64,000 nt of DNA from Asterias rubens (taxonomy: Eukaryota): positions 4,588,001 through 4,652,000 of the forward strand of contig NC_047069.1 of NCBI RefSeq assembly GCF_902459465.1, read 5' to 3'. Made by a program: the position numbers and the translations under genes. The notes under the pieces are model-generated. The model searched no databases and was not told the DNA's origin. It saw only the letters and a program-made list of their open reading frames with translations. Below are positions 35,339 through 46,692 of the stretch, piece after piece. Position 1 is the stretch's first letter, and every line of letters starts with the position of its first letter.

Positions 35339-36164
35339 GTAATAACGTTAGATAGTCTCTCAGGCTTTGTCATAGACCCTCGGCACATTTTATAAAGTAA
35401 GGCTAAATGTTCTCCGATGTTTTACCATTTTTTGTATGGTTATAAAATAAGCAACATTAAAAATGTACTTTACTTTGGAACATTAATATACAACATACTG
35501 AGTTTAGCGTCATGAACTCGCGAATCTCTATATGCATTGGCCGTTGTACAAAGCGCTCTGCTTGCATGTTGTGTCCCTTGTGTTGTGTAATGCACATAAA
35601 ATAAACCAGTGCACTTATCATTAAGAAAAGGGGTTCACCCTGGTATGGTTGGCTGCATTAAAATTGCTTGCACTTGAACCAATGTGTGAGTATACTCTGG
35701 ACGAGGTGTTTGTTTTATTATTATTACTATTTATGGTTTGTTAAAAACGGTCAGTTTATTTGCCAAAGGCAAAATTACATTGAATTCGCAATTGAAAGAT
35801 TACGTTAAAAAAATTGTATTGAGAGAAGGTGGATCATTAATAGTACTCAATAAATTATACAACAAAAGTAAACACTTTAAGTGGATACAAAATAATGTGA
35901 AAATTAGGTTTAAAAAGCAAAAACTAAAAGTTTGCACAGTACAAGAAGATGATGATTAAGTGCTGGTCACTATGTGAGCCACAAAATTTATGGTAATGTG
36001 ATGTATACATGTAAATTTGAAACACATTATTACCTTGAAAATGTGCAAGGCTGAAATCATTTGAAAAATGAGTTGTCAATCTTGTCAATTGTAAAAACAA
36101 ATACTCCATATATAAGAGGATAGTGTTCATTATTGTTTTAATTTTCCATTTTTAATACAATTTT

Positions 36165-36365
36165 AGTTTTACCGTTACACTGATATGTATTAGCACTGCA
36201 TACTCAGTATATTCCCCAGTTCTGTGAAAAATCATAGGCCTATTACTCGGTAGGATTGGAACCCACGTCCTTTACAACTCGAGAGTCTTACCAACTAGAC
36301 CACCAAGATTGCCCTGTAGCTAGAAGCAGTTTGAATCCTATGATTTAGCAGCGGGTACTGCAATG
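36165..36365 (-). mobile_element. tRNA-derived SINE
   Basis: Same family as 29178-29355. Confidence 0.75.
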
Positions 36366-36993
36366 ATCTAATAATTGTTGAATTCGCATCAGGATTCAAA
36401 GAAGAAAAGTTTGCCTGGAGTGTGTGTGCTATCTCTGCACCCTCCAGATACGCCACTAAAAATGAGCTGCACATTTTGCCTGTGATGTGTACAAATTTAA
36501 CTACAAAATCATTGTTTTGAGAACATTTTACCAGGCCAACCTTGGACCACAATTGACCTTTGTCAGAGTCCATCCATCTCTACTTTCCTTCCTTATTCAA
36601 ATATCATTTTAGGGCGGTACTATTTGGGATGGATGGAGTTTGGTTAGGCTTGGGCCAAAATATGTCAAAGGCCACAAATATGAATTGAATATTAACTGTT
36701 TCCATATTGTATATTTTTTAGTAGCTTAATATAAGAAAACTAAATATAAATGTACATGTACCATGTAATGTGAAAGCTTCTAAATTATCTTTATTTGTAG
36801 TTGAAAACAAAATGGTCACATAAATACACCAGATAAATTTCTTGAATAAGTGTTATTTTTTGGATGCAGCCCTGTTATAGAAATGTATAATACAAATTTA
36901 AATTTTTAAAACATTAAGCAGAGTGACTATTTATTAACAACTATGTTGGTCAATTATTAACTTACTGTCGGGTTGAAGAATATAATGTACCTT

Positions 36994-37380
36994 AAAGGCA
37001 GTGGACATTATTGGTAATTACTCAAAATAATTATGAGCTTAAAACCTTACTTGGTAACGAGTAATGGGGGAGCTTTTGATAGTACGAGACATTGTAAGAG
37101 ACGGCTCCCTCTGAAGCAATGTAGATTTTTGAGAAAGCGGTTATTTTCCACGTATTTGATTTTGAGACTTCAGAATTAGATTTTGAGGTCTCAAAATCAA
37201 ACATCTGAAAGCACACAACTTCGTGTGACAAGGGTGTTTTTTTCTTTCATTATTATCTCGCAACTTCGACGACCAATTGAGCTCAAATTTTCACAGGTGT
37301 GTTAATTAATGCATTTGTTGAGTTACACCAATTAAAAAGACTGATCTTTGACAATTACCAATAGTGTCCAGTGTCTTTAA
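36994..37380. mobile_element. Full-length ~380-bp MITE
   Basis: TIRs AAAGGCAGTGGACA / TGTCCAGTGTCTTT. Opposite internal orientation to the 32424 copy. Confidence 0.85.
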
Positions 37381-37519
37381 AAGCTGGGTCCTCCTTTTAT
37401 CAGTATTAGGTCAGATTTTAGTGCTAGTGTAGAATAATTTATTTACTTACTTGAAACTTTTGAATATATTTATAATTATTATAGTAATAGATGTTAAATT
37501 GCATCGAGAATAAAGTTTT

Positions 37520-37805
37520 ACCCCTGTACACCAATTTGTGTTAGCACTGTATACCTGGTACTTTCCCGAGTTCTGTAAACAAAATCACAGGCATATTACT
37601 TGGGTAGGGTTCAAACCAGTGACCCTTATAAATGAGCCTTGCAATTCTAGAGCAGTTTCTTACAAATTGACACAGCTCTAGAATCGCAAAGGTCATGGGT
37701 TTGAATCCCACCCTAGTAATATGCATGGATTATTTGTTTACAGAACTGGGGAAAGTACCGAGTATACAGTGCAAACACACATCAGTAAAACGGTAAAACC
37801 AAAAT
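37520..37805. mobile_element. Head-to-head inverted pair of SINE fragments (foldback)
   Basis: Left arm ...TTAGCACTGTATAC...GCAATTCTAGAGC is mirrored by GCTCTAGAATCGC...GTATACAGTGCAAA. Confidence 0.8.
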
Positions 37806-38313
37806 AAATAAAGTATTAAATGGAGTCTTGTAAAGCGCTGGTTTCCGCCAAAATGTGCTCATGGATCCCTCATGATACAAAAATGGGGATGTGAATAGCT
37901 TTGTGAGCTCTCTGATGAGTCTGTGATGATTATGCCATGTCCGAAACAGCAACTTCGGCTACAGCTACGGCTAGATCATGCGCATCTGCCTATTCTTCAA
38001 CTCTAGCGGACCCACTTAGCCGTAGCTGTAGGTGAAGTCAGCGTTTTGGACACAGTCTTTGGAAGTAAGAATGCTGATGGAATAAGTGAACATTTTGCTG
38101 AGTATACTTTAAATCATATTCCGCAGTCTCCTGTTGACTTGTTTCTTTTTCCACCTCATTTCAGTTGGCTTGCTTAGGGCAAACTTCCAAAATATGGGTC
38201 CAGACTGCTCCATAGTTTTGAAAGATATTATGGATAACCCTTAATGAGGGTAGACTGTGTTTAGAGTTGATCTGTCTTTCACTGAAGCCTGCCTAATTTT
38301 TCTATTAGTGTAC

Positions 38314-38347
<34 letters not shown>

Positions 38348-39496
38348 TATCTATTAATGCTTTATTAATGTACGTGACGCAAATACTGGTCAAATCAGAA
38401 GCTCGATTATATTCCAGCAATGTGTTCCTTTATTTTGTACTGCTCCATAAGTGTGTTTTCATTCCAAAATCCGAACACTTGCCATGTATTTTTGTTTCTG
38501 TTTTTCCAAAACAACTCAAATTTCATGAATTGTTTTTTGTTTGATGTCTCTCCATTCCAACTCATCAAAATATCTATTATATTTTTAGTGGGCATTTGTC
38601 ATTGGACAGTTCAAATGTTGAACTTGCATGCAGTGCATTCCGACATCACAATGTCTGTTTTACGTATTCCTCTCTTTCTCCATTACAGTGGGGGGGGGGG
38701 GGGGGAGTAGGAGTGTCAACTTCACTTTATGTCAACTGCCAATCTCTCTCATACAAACAATGTGTTAATGTCTTGACAGTTGCAGTTTTAACATAAGAAT
38801 GTTTATTTTAAGATGTTTTAATGTGAATACAAGCTGCTAAGCACAAACAACTTTTGCATAGTAAAACCAGGTATACCACCCAAAATGTTATACAGTATCA
38901 TGTATGTGTCCGGTACCCTGTGTATTTTTGCTTACTACATTTAGATGTTAAGCATGTTTTTCTTCTGGACAGCTTAATGAAATTTAGGCCCTACTCACTT
39001 TGTACATTTCTTGTTTGGGTTCATCAGTAGTTTCCCACGTTGTATGTGTACAAGCCCTGCGTTCGTATGGACTAAGTATCATAAGCAAGCCATAACCCCC
39101 AACCGCCCCCCCCCCCCTCATTGTTCTTCAATTATGAATTTACAAAGACTTTTGTACTTGCATGTGTATTCCATTCACATGTGTTCCAGATCATTAGGCC
39201 TGTATGTTTCGTTTTTGAAGTGGGCAAGGGCACCAAGGCATTTTCTCCTTGGTGAAGGGCACCCTACATGTACATGTATATGAGGAAATTGTAAATTTCA
39301 ACTGGAGCATTTCAAGGGCATGAAGGCATTGACGAGGGGGCATGGAGGCAATCGCCTTTGTTGCTTCTGTGAAGTATCAGGCCCGGATCATGCATGCCAT
39401 GCTTGAAAAACTCACGGGCATGATGCCCCATACAGGCCGTGATCAAGTCACTTTAATAACCGAAGGTAACTATTTGCAATGATGTGTTCAATAGTA

Positions 39497-40529
39497 TACA
39501 CATAATGAATGTTTATGAGTGCAATGGTGCGAATATGTTCATGAGTTGAAAGATGGAATGTTCTATTCAACGAGGCGGAGCCGAGTTGAATGGAACATTC
39601 CAGCTTTCAACGAATGAACATATTCGCACCATTGCACGAATGAAAAACATTCATTATTTGTTTTATATAACATCCAAGTAGATCTTTGTCATTTTGATTG
39701 AAAGATACAACTTTCAAAACAAACAAAGCGTAGGCCTACAATTTTTAATTGTAGAAGTCGAATGCTAGTAATGTTACTAATATGCCTTGCAGTAACACTG
39801 CTGCGTTACCAAAGACACGCGCACGCAGTGATGTTTTTACTTAGCTTTTTCGTTCCATCCGAAAAGTACCATTGCACGCTGCCAGCGTGCAATGGTACTT
39901 TTCGGATGGAACGAAAAAGCACGGTGAGTGACTCAGCGTGCAATGGTACTTTTATTTGCTATCACGTGACGGACAATCCTCCAATCAAATGGCAAGGATC
40001 TGCTTGGGTGTTATATAATATACACATAATGAATGTTTATGAGTGCAATGGTGCGAATATGTTCATGAGTTGAAAGATGGAATGTTCTATTCAACGAGGC
40101 GGAGCCGAGTTGAATGGAACATTCCAGCTTTCAACGAATGAACATATTCGCACCTTTGCACGAATGAAAAACATTCATTATTTGTTTTATATAACATCCA
40201 AGTAGATCTTTGTCATTTTGATTGAAAGATACAACTTTCAAAACAAACAATTTCAACTGTAGAAGCTGAATGCTAGTAATTTTACTATGCCTTCTTGCAG
40301 TAACACCTGCTGCGTTACCAAAGACACGCGCACGCAGTGATGTTTTTACTCAGCTTTTTAGTTCCATCCGAAAAGTACCATTGCACGCTGCCAGCGTGCA
40401 ATGGTACTTTTCGGATGGAACGAAAAAGCACGGTGAGTGACTCAGCGTGCAATGGTACTTTTATTTGCTATCACGTGATGGACAATCCTCCAATCAAATG
40501 GCAAGGATCTGCTTGGGTGTTATATAATA
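39497..40529. mobile_element. Head-to-tail dimer (39497-40020, 40021-40529) of a palindrome-rich non-autonomous element
   Basis: Each unit has a ~145-bp imperfect hairpin, a ~70-bp near-perfect palindrome and a TIR-bounded sub-segment. Confidence 0.85.
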
Positions 40530-41187
40530 CAACCTAGTGTACTTAGGAAGATACTGAGTGAATTTTCTTCTTTTATATCTAATGTGAACAAGTATTGGCT
40601 GTTTAAAAAAATTCTATTGGAAGACACAGTATTAAAAGATCCCAAATTGTGAAGATGTTTGTAAATATCGAGAGTTATGCCAAAAATCCATGTGTACCAT
40701 CATGCATATTCGGTAGTGCGCAATGCGTAGTGCGCAATCCCTTAAAATGATACGCACAGTAGGGTGACGAGGTCATGAGCTATAGTACCATGTACATGTA
40801 AATGCTTTTATTGTTAATGCGTCGTACAAAACTTCACACATTGTGAAAAGGACATACACAAGTGTGTTTGTGAACAGTACATGTACAGGGGACGTCAGAA
40901 TTTAAATGCTAACAGTAATAATTAAGGTCACAGGTCATGTCAGGGGACAAAGGTCACAGCAGGCGAAAGTGACACGAAACAAGGCAGGGTATACCTTTGG
41001 TTCTATTCCTAAATTAAAGGTCAAACAAATTTCCCTTCAAATGAATGTGGTTTTAGAGAAAGGGATTCAAAGTTTCACTCTGAGATGAAATGTTTTTAAG
41101 ATTGTGTATTCCAGTTTCTGGATTATCCTGCTTGGGACATAACTACTCCAGATTTCCAGTGACATTTAAAAAACGCTACCACCTTTT

Positions 41188-41573
41188 AAGGGCAGTGGAC
41201 ACTATTATTGTCAAAGACTAGCCTTCGCAGTTGGTGTATATCAACATTTATAAACATAAAATAACAAATCTGTAAACATTTGAGCTCAATCGGTCATCAA
41301 ACTTGCGAGATAATAATGAAAGAAAAAAAAAAACACCCTTGTCACGCGAAGCTGGTGCGTTTAGATGGTTGATTTCGAGACCTCAAGTTCTAAATCTGAG
41401 GTCTCTAAATCAAATTCGTGGAAAATTACTTCTTTCTCGAAAACTATGGCACTTCAAAGGGAGACGTTTCTCACAATGTTTTATACCATCAACCTCTCCC
41501 CATTACTCGTCACCAAGAAAGGTTTTATGCTAATAATTATTTTGAGTAATTACCAATAGTGTCCACTGCCTTT
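41188..41573. mobile_element. Full-length ~380-bp MITE
   Basis: TIRs AAGGGCAGTGGACACTATT / AATAGTGTCCACTGCCTTT. Confidence 0.85.
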
Positions 41574-42015
41574 AGAAGGAAACTTTCATGGGTTGGTTTT
41601 ACTATAGCATATTACAAAGGATTAAAACCAGTGAAACGGTTACAAAGACCAAAGGTATACTTTGCCTTTAGCCTGTATTGTACTACATGTATACTGTTGA
41701 CTGTAACTATTAGTTTTGCGTCATCTCTTTATTTTTCAACCAAATTATGTAGTGTGACATATTAATGAAGTGCAATAATGCTTGATAGTTTAAGATTTAA
41801 TTTGAATAGATTATTATATTTTATATTTGTGTATAAGTGTTGATGAATAATGCGCCTTGAACACCCAGCAGGGTGGATATGTGCACATTACAAGTCTTAT
41901 TATTATTATTATGGTACATTGAAATTATGAGACTGCCAATAAAGAGGAAATTACTAAGTTATCTTGAGGAGCGAGTTCTTTATTATCACGCCTTCTTGGC
42001 CTTAATTCAACTTAA

Positions 42016-42093
42016 CAAACATTTACTCAAGTACCAAGCCTGGGCGACTAGTGTCAAACATTTACTCAAGTACCAAGCCTGAGCGACTAGTAT
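42016..42093 (+). repeat. 39-bp tandem duplication
   Basis: CAAACATTTACTCAAGTACCAAGCCTG(G/A)GCGACTAGT(G/A)T x2. Confidence 0.9.
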
Positions 42094-42278
42094 CAAAGTC
42101 GTGACCATTGATTGCTTAGTCGAACGCAACTACCATCAAGTCCTGACTATTTGAGGTGCCACTGGTCTCCTTGGGCTTTTCAAGTACCATTGACACAAAT
42201 CAATAAAAATCTATTGGCAATTATTATTTTACGGGATTCATAAGCCTGACGTTTTTGTGTTTTTATACAACAGAACGA

Positions 42279-45200
42279 TTAGGAGAGGCTATTGTGAAGA
42301 TGCTGCGCTAAACAATAGAGTTCTTCAGTGGATATGGAACTACTCAATTCTCCATTTTTTATCAGCCCGTCTTTATCATACTGAGCCCATTGGGACGGAA
42401 GTTTACTGATTGGTCTGTTTAACTGGCAAGCTCCTTGATTCTCCATCAAACTCATTGGCTGCTTTTAAACGCAAAAAGTAGCTAAGCACAACAGAATTGT
42501 GCTTACTAGAATATGGTTGCCGGCCACAATACAATGTCTCATGTACAATTTGGGACAGGTATCCTGCTCGTTTCTGCTAAGCAAACAATAATTAAGCAGT
42601 ATTGTCTGCTTAAGCAGCTCTATGTAATTGGGCCCTGATTGTCAGTCACAAGCTGTTCTTTTCGTTGCACACATTTGCCATTGTAGTAGAGATTTGCTGG
42701 ATCACAATCGTCGACTGTGTATTTTCCCTTGGCTTTCCACAGCTTGATGATCGCGAACTTCTGTTGCCTTGTCCTGTTTTCGGTGGGGATTTTGAATTGG
42801 CCCTTTAAGATGTCCACCATAAGAGAGTAAGATGATTCGTCTAATGCTGGAAACTGACTGGGGTCATTTTTGGTGCTGGATTCCTTTGGCTGTTTCCTTG
42901 GTGATGCATGGTCCTCATTGTTCCTTCCTCGATGTGAACTATGTGATGTATCACTAATGAAAATGAAGATACAATATTCATTATAAAATTGTTGCCAAAT
43001 CCAAATTCCAGGTAGCCGAGGGCAATAATTGCAGTGGCTGCATCTACCTCACCAATGGCAGACTTATTTTGAGACGCTGGCGGCAGCAAACATAACGGTC
43101 CTTTTTGCGGCTCTGAGCATGGCAAGTAAACATTTTGTACAACCTCGGCCAAGTCCCAGCTATTGTCCCGGCATTAGCTGCAAAGAATGGCCAGATATAC
43201 TTTTATTGTATTACATTGGTTTTACATTTACCTAAATAACTGCATACTGTCATCTCCCTGATCCTGCCTCAAATCTTCACCAAAGTTCCTCCCTGCTAGA
43301 GTGACAAACTCGGCCCCATGTGTCCTCTTTAATGGCCTTCCTCGTCCTCGATTCTTTCCTTCTGACCCTTTAGAAGTGAAATCTCTTTGTTGTGATCTTC
43401 GTGGCACACATTTTCCATTGTAGTAAAGATTTTCTGGATTGCTATTGTTAACGGTGAACTTTCCCCTATTTCTCCATAGTCGGACAATTGCCGACTTGTG
43501 CTGTTTTGTTCGATCCTTGACGGGGATGTTAAACCGTCCCCATAAGACATCCACCATGAGTGAGTAAGAAGCTTCGTCTATGAATGGGATTTTATCCTGA
43601 GAAGATGTCGAGGCTTCTCCTTGCGTTGTGATTTCTGATTTAAATACACCATCCAGTCCTTGGTCCAAGTTGAGGTTTGTATTAGACCTAGATGTGAAAT
43701 TGGGAATAACAGTGGTGTTTTATTTGTTTATTTATTTATTTTTTTGTTTTTGTGGGGTGGGGGAGAAAGAGATTTCCTTTTTAATACAAGATAATTTCAG
43801 TTTTTATTTTTCAGCTTCGCAATACTATCTTTGGGGCAATTAGGTTAGCATGGTGGTACCTTGCCTTGCCCTCCTCTTGGACCCAGTTCAAATCCTACCA
43901 AGGGCACTACATGGATTGGGCAATTAGTCCCTACCTGACTGCTGGGGATTTTTCTCCCACATCTAAAACGGAAACTTCCTATCTTGTCTTCTCTTTATTC
44001 AGTTCTTGTCTAGAACAGTGATTAAGTTTGCTTTTCTGTGAGCCCTTGGTTTTACAACCAGAATTTACTAATATTCTTACTCACAAAGAAAACCTAATCC
44101 AATAATTTCTTACTCCTTTAAAAAAAAAAGTAAAAACAATAATAACAATGTAATAGATGTTCATTTTGGATCAGGGATAAATAATGTTCATTTTGATATA
44201 GAAAAGTTTGCGGTAACACCATGTAATAACAATCCCTAAATGAGTTGGGGTGGTTCTGAAAAGAACCGTTGGATTAACTTGACGTTTCGATCAGTATGCT
44301 CTGATCGTCTTCTGGAGAATGCTGGACTCTGATGCTGCATGCTGCTTAAGTACTGGGCGGTGGATCAGCGGTGATGCATGAAGGCGGGAAATAGAGGCGG
44401 GAAGGGAACTCGATGATGCGTGGTGAAACCTGTTGTGGAGCCTTGGGTGGTGTGTGGGGGGTGTGTGCTCACTGAACCGTGTCAGTAGGAACAAGCACAG
44501 GGGATAGTGAGGGTGTGGGGCCTAGGTGACTGAGGGTATAGATGACCCAAAGCAGTCTAATGGTTGGGGCCTAGGGGATGACCGTGGATATAGAAGATCC
44601 ATTGGTCGGGAGAAGGGGGAGCCAGATGTCGCTGATGTGGAAGCCGATGTCTTGGGATACGGTGTCATGCATGTGGATCTCGATGGCCTCTCTAAAGCGT
44701 CTAGGGTGCCACGCCTGGATTGGAGCGATGATTTCTGCTGCTTCCCAGTTCACTCGGTGGTCAGTGATGTGGGAATGCTTGACGATGGCGGATTTATCGA
44801 AGTCCCCCCTCCTTCCGTGTGCTTGGTGTTCCTTAAGTCTAGTGGGAAGGTTACGCCCGGTTTCCCCGACATAAACCTTACCACATTCGCATGGAATGCG
44901 ATAGACTCCGGCACGGGTGGAGGGGTCCTTCTTGTCCTTGTGCGATTGGAGAGAGCCATGGAGTTTCTTCGGGGCGGAGTTCATTTTGGTTTTACCCTTA
45001 CAGCAATGTGTTAGCACTGTATGCTCAGTACTTTTTCCCCAAGTCCTAGCTGTGAACAATATCACAAGGCATATTACTTGGGTGGGATTCCAAACCATGA
45101 CCCTTGCAACTCAAGAGCAGTGTCTCAACAACTAGACCACCGAGATTGCCCGGTAGCTATACATTTATTTTTCTCACATTAGTAAAAAAGGTTTACACGT

Positions 45201-46403
45201 ACTGTTTAACGAGCTGGTCATTTTGGCGAATATTTCTACACTGAAGCACAATTTCACCTCCAACTGCACTTGAACTTCTTGAACTGGATTTAACTTCTGT
45301 TGCTTTGTTCAATGGTATACTTGGAAGAACTTGCTCAGGTGGCTGTTCCCATATACTGCACTGTATACCAACTGTACTGGTACCTGGTCTTGTGTCTATC
45401 ATTGTTTCTGTGGAATCAATTGAAAAAGAAGGCACAATTTTATCAAACTGCACACGTGTTACTACCATGTATCTCACATGTATCAGCACACATGGCTCTT
45501 CCCAATTCAAGTCTTTTGACCCATTGACTAAACATCGCATGCGGTAACTGTCCACGGTCCACCATGACCTTTTCGCAAATACCCAATGCGAGTGCTAATT
45601 TAACTGTTGAATGAGGTGCATGCTGGTTGATCGCTTTCTAGCTAGACCAGCATGCACCACATTCCTTTCCTTTGGTCACCTAAAAATCTACATTACTCGA
45701 AGGATAATTTTGCGCACATCGCCACCAATTTATCTGCCCGTTTTTAAACAGTGCAACCAAGAATGTGATGTGTCATTACTCATTGTGAAGCTGAAGGTGA
45801 TGTCAAAAATACTAAAAATGTCACGGTTTCACATGCCATGCCCTTCCTGCCTGGATTGATTTCGAGGTTAAATGAAAGCGTTCTGTCCAACTGTAACACA
45901 ATTCAGTTATTATAATCATGGATACCTCCATGTTATGATCATCAGTTTCCTCATTATATTTTCAGGCAAGCCGCAGGGCCAGGCGAGATGAGGGCATACA
46001 AATCTGCTGGCGGGCGGGGGACTGCACCTGCGCTTCACGGCATAATTGTAACGTACACAACTTTAAACTCAAAATATACTAACCTTTCGAATGCATTCTC
46101 ACCGCCATTGTGCACATCATTCCACCGATATGTGTAATTTGTTGGGGTTTTTTTATACACAAGTTGAATGAAACTGAAAGAACACCAAGGAAATTCCAGA
46201 ACGTAGAAACGGTGGGTGCTCTCATCCAAGGTGTTTATGTTTACGAGTTGCACGATTTCTAACAATAGGGGGCGCAATTGAAATTTAACGGTCGGCGTCG
46301 CGTTCAGCATGGCTAATTCTACCTGCATGTGTAAAGTAATTATAGCCCAGGATTTATCAAGGAGGAAGAAATTCTCCATGGAGTTATATAAATCCATAAT
46401 CAT
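42279..46403 (-). CDS. Uncharacterised spliced gene with two tandem ~60-aa domains. Exons 46403-46103, 45407-45203, 43687-43232, 42953-42650 and a putative last exon 42458-42279 (~481 aa); alternatively it ends at the MITE-supplied TAG at 42620 (~431 aa)
   Basis: Donors G|GTGAGA, CA|GTACGT and AG|GTAAAT. Acceptors TTCCACAG, CATCTAG and TTTCATTAG. Phases 1-2-2 join with no stops. Repeated domain: YSLMVD.L.G.F.IP...RT.Q.K.AI..LW...GK.TV....P.NLYYNGKCV.R. The last donor (TT|GTGACT) is weak. Confidence 0.6.
42470..42637. mobile_element. Half MITE of the GGGCCCAATT family
   Basis: CTGCTTAAGCAGCTCTATGTAATTGGGCCCTG matches the TIR of 35140-35338. Confidence 0.7.
43843..44065 (+). mobile_element. 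SINE, with a related body at about 24120-24305
   Basis: tRNA-like head. Shared CACATCTAAAAC.GAA.ACTTCCT.TCTT...CACAACCAGAAT. Confidence 0.55.
44197..44982 (-). mobile_element. 5'-truncated Penelope-like retroelement: GIY-YIG endonuclease C-terminus (stop at 44571) plus 3' UTR
   Basis: GVYRIPCECGKVYVGETGRNLPTRLKEH...SAIVKH...H.VNW...RRFREAIEI is the PLE-type GIY-YIG domain. Confidence 0.9.
44275..44320 (-). ncRNA. Degenerate minimal hammerhead-ribozyme-like motif
   Basis: CTC-CAGAAGA-CGATCAG-AGCATA-CTGATC-GAAAC-GTC-AAG. Stem II and the GAAAC/GTC with ACGT palindrome are present, but the core reads CAGAAGA instead of CTGANGA. Confidence 0.5.
44983..45159 (-). mobile_element. tRNA-derived SINE whose 3' end abuts the Penelope fragment
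   Basis: Family end GGGTAAAACCAAAAT is followed immediately by PLE coding sequence. Confidence 0.8.
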
Positions 46404-46620
46404 GAAGCAAAAATGACCGCCACGAAAATACTAATTACAACATACATCAATGCATTAATACATTAAATACATGACAGCAGTATTATAATTAATTTAATAT
46501 GCACCACCAACACCAAGAATAAGCACAACAGTACACAAAGCAATGAGGAACAAGTCCGGCCGCTCACTGGTTCCTAAAAATTTGTAGGTACAATTTTTTC
46601 AGAACTAGACAGAAAAAAAT

Positions 46621-46692
46621 TAGCAGAGCGAGGTTTCGATCCTCGGACCTCTGGGTTATGGGCCCAGCACGCTTCCACTGCGCCACTCTGCT
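46621..46692 (-). tRNA. tRNA-iMet: Initiator tRNA-Met (anticodon CAT)
   Basis: AGCAGAGTGGCGCAGTGGAAGCGTGCTGGGCCCATAACCCAGAGGTCCGAGGATCGAAACCTCGCTCTGCTA. A1:U72 pair, GATCGAAA T-loop, and a downstream T7 Pol III terminator. Confidence 0.97.

Noticed and set aside
38326-38350. (TA)n, (CT)n at 11938, (CTA)n at 16760-16830, and poly-C/G tracts
   Set aside because: Ordinary microsatellites.
39762-40537. Duplicated ORFs SEKYHCTLPACNGTF as a Cys-rich protein
   Set aside because: The Cys pattern comes from reading through a DNA palindrome in the repeated element.
44571-45098. 175-aa ORF as an independent host gene
   Set aside because: Its N-terminus is SINE sequence and the rest is a truncated PLE endonuclease without reverse transcriptase.
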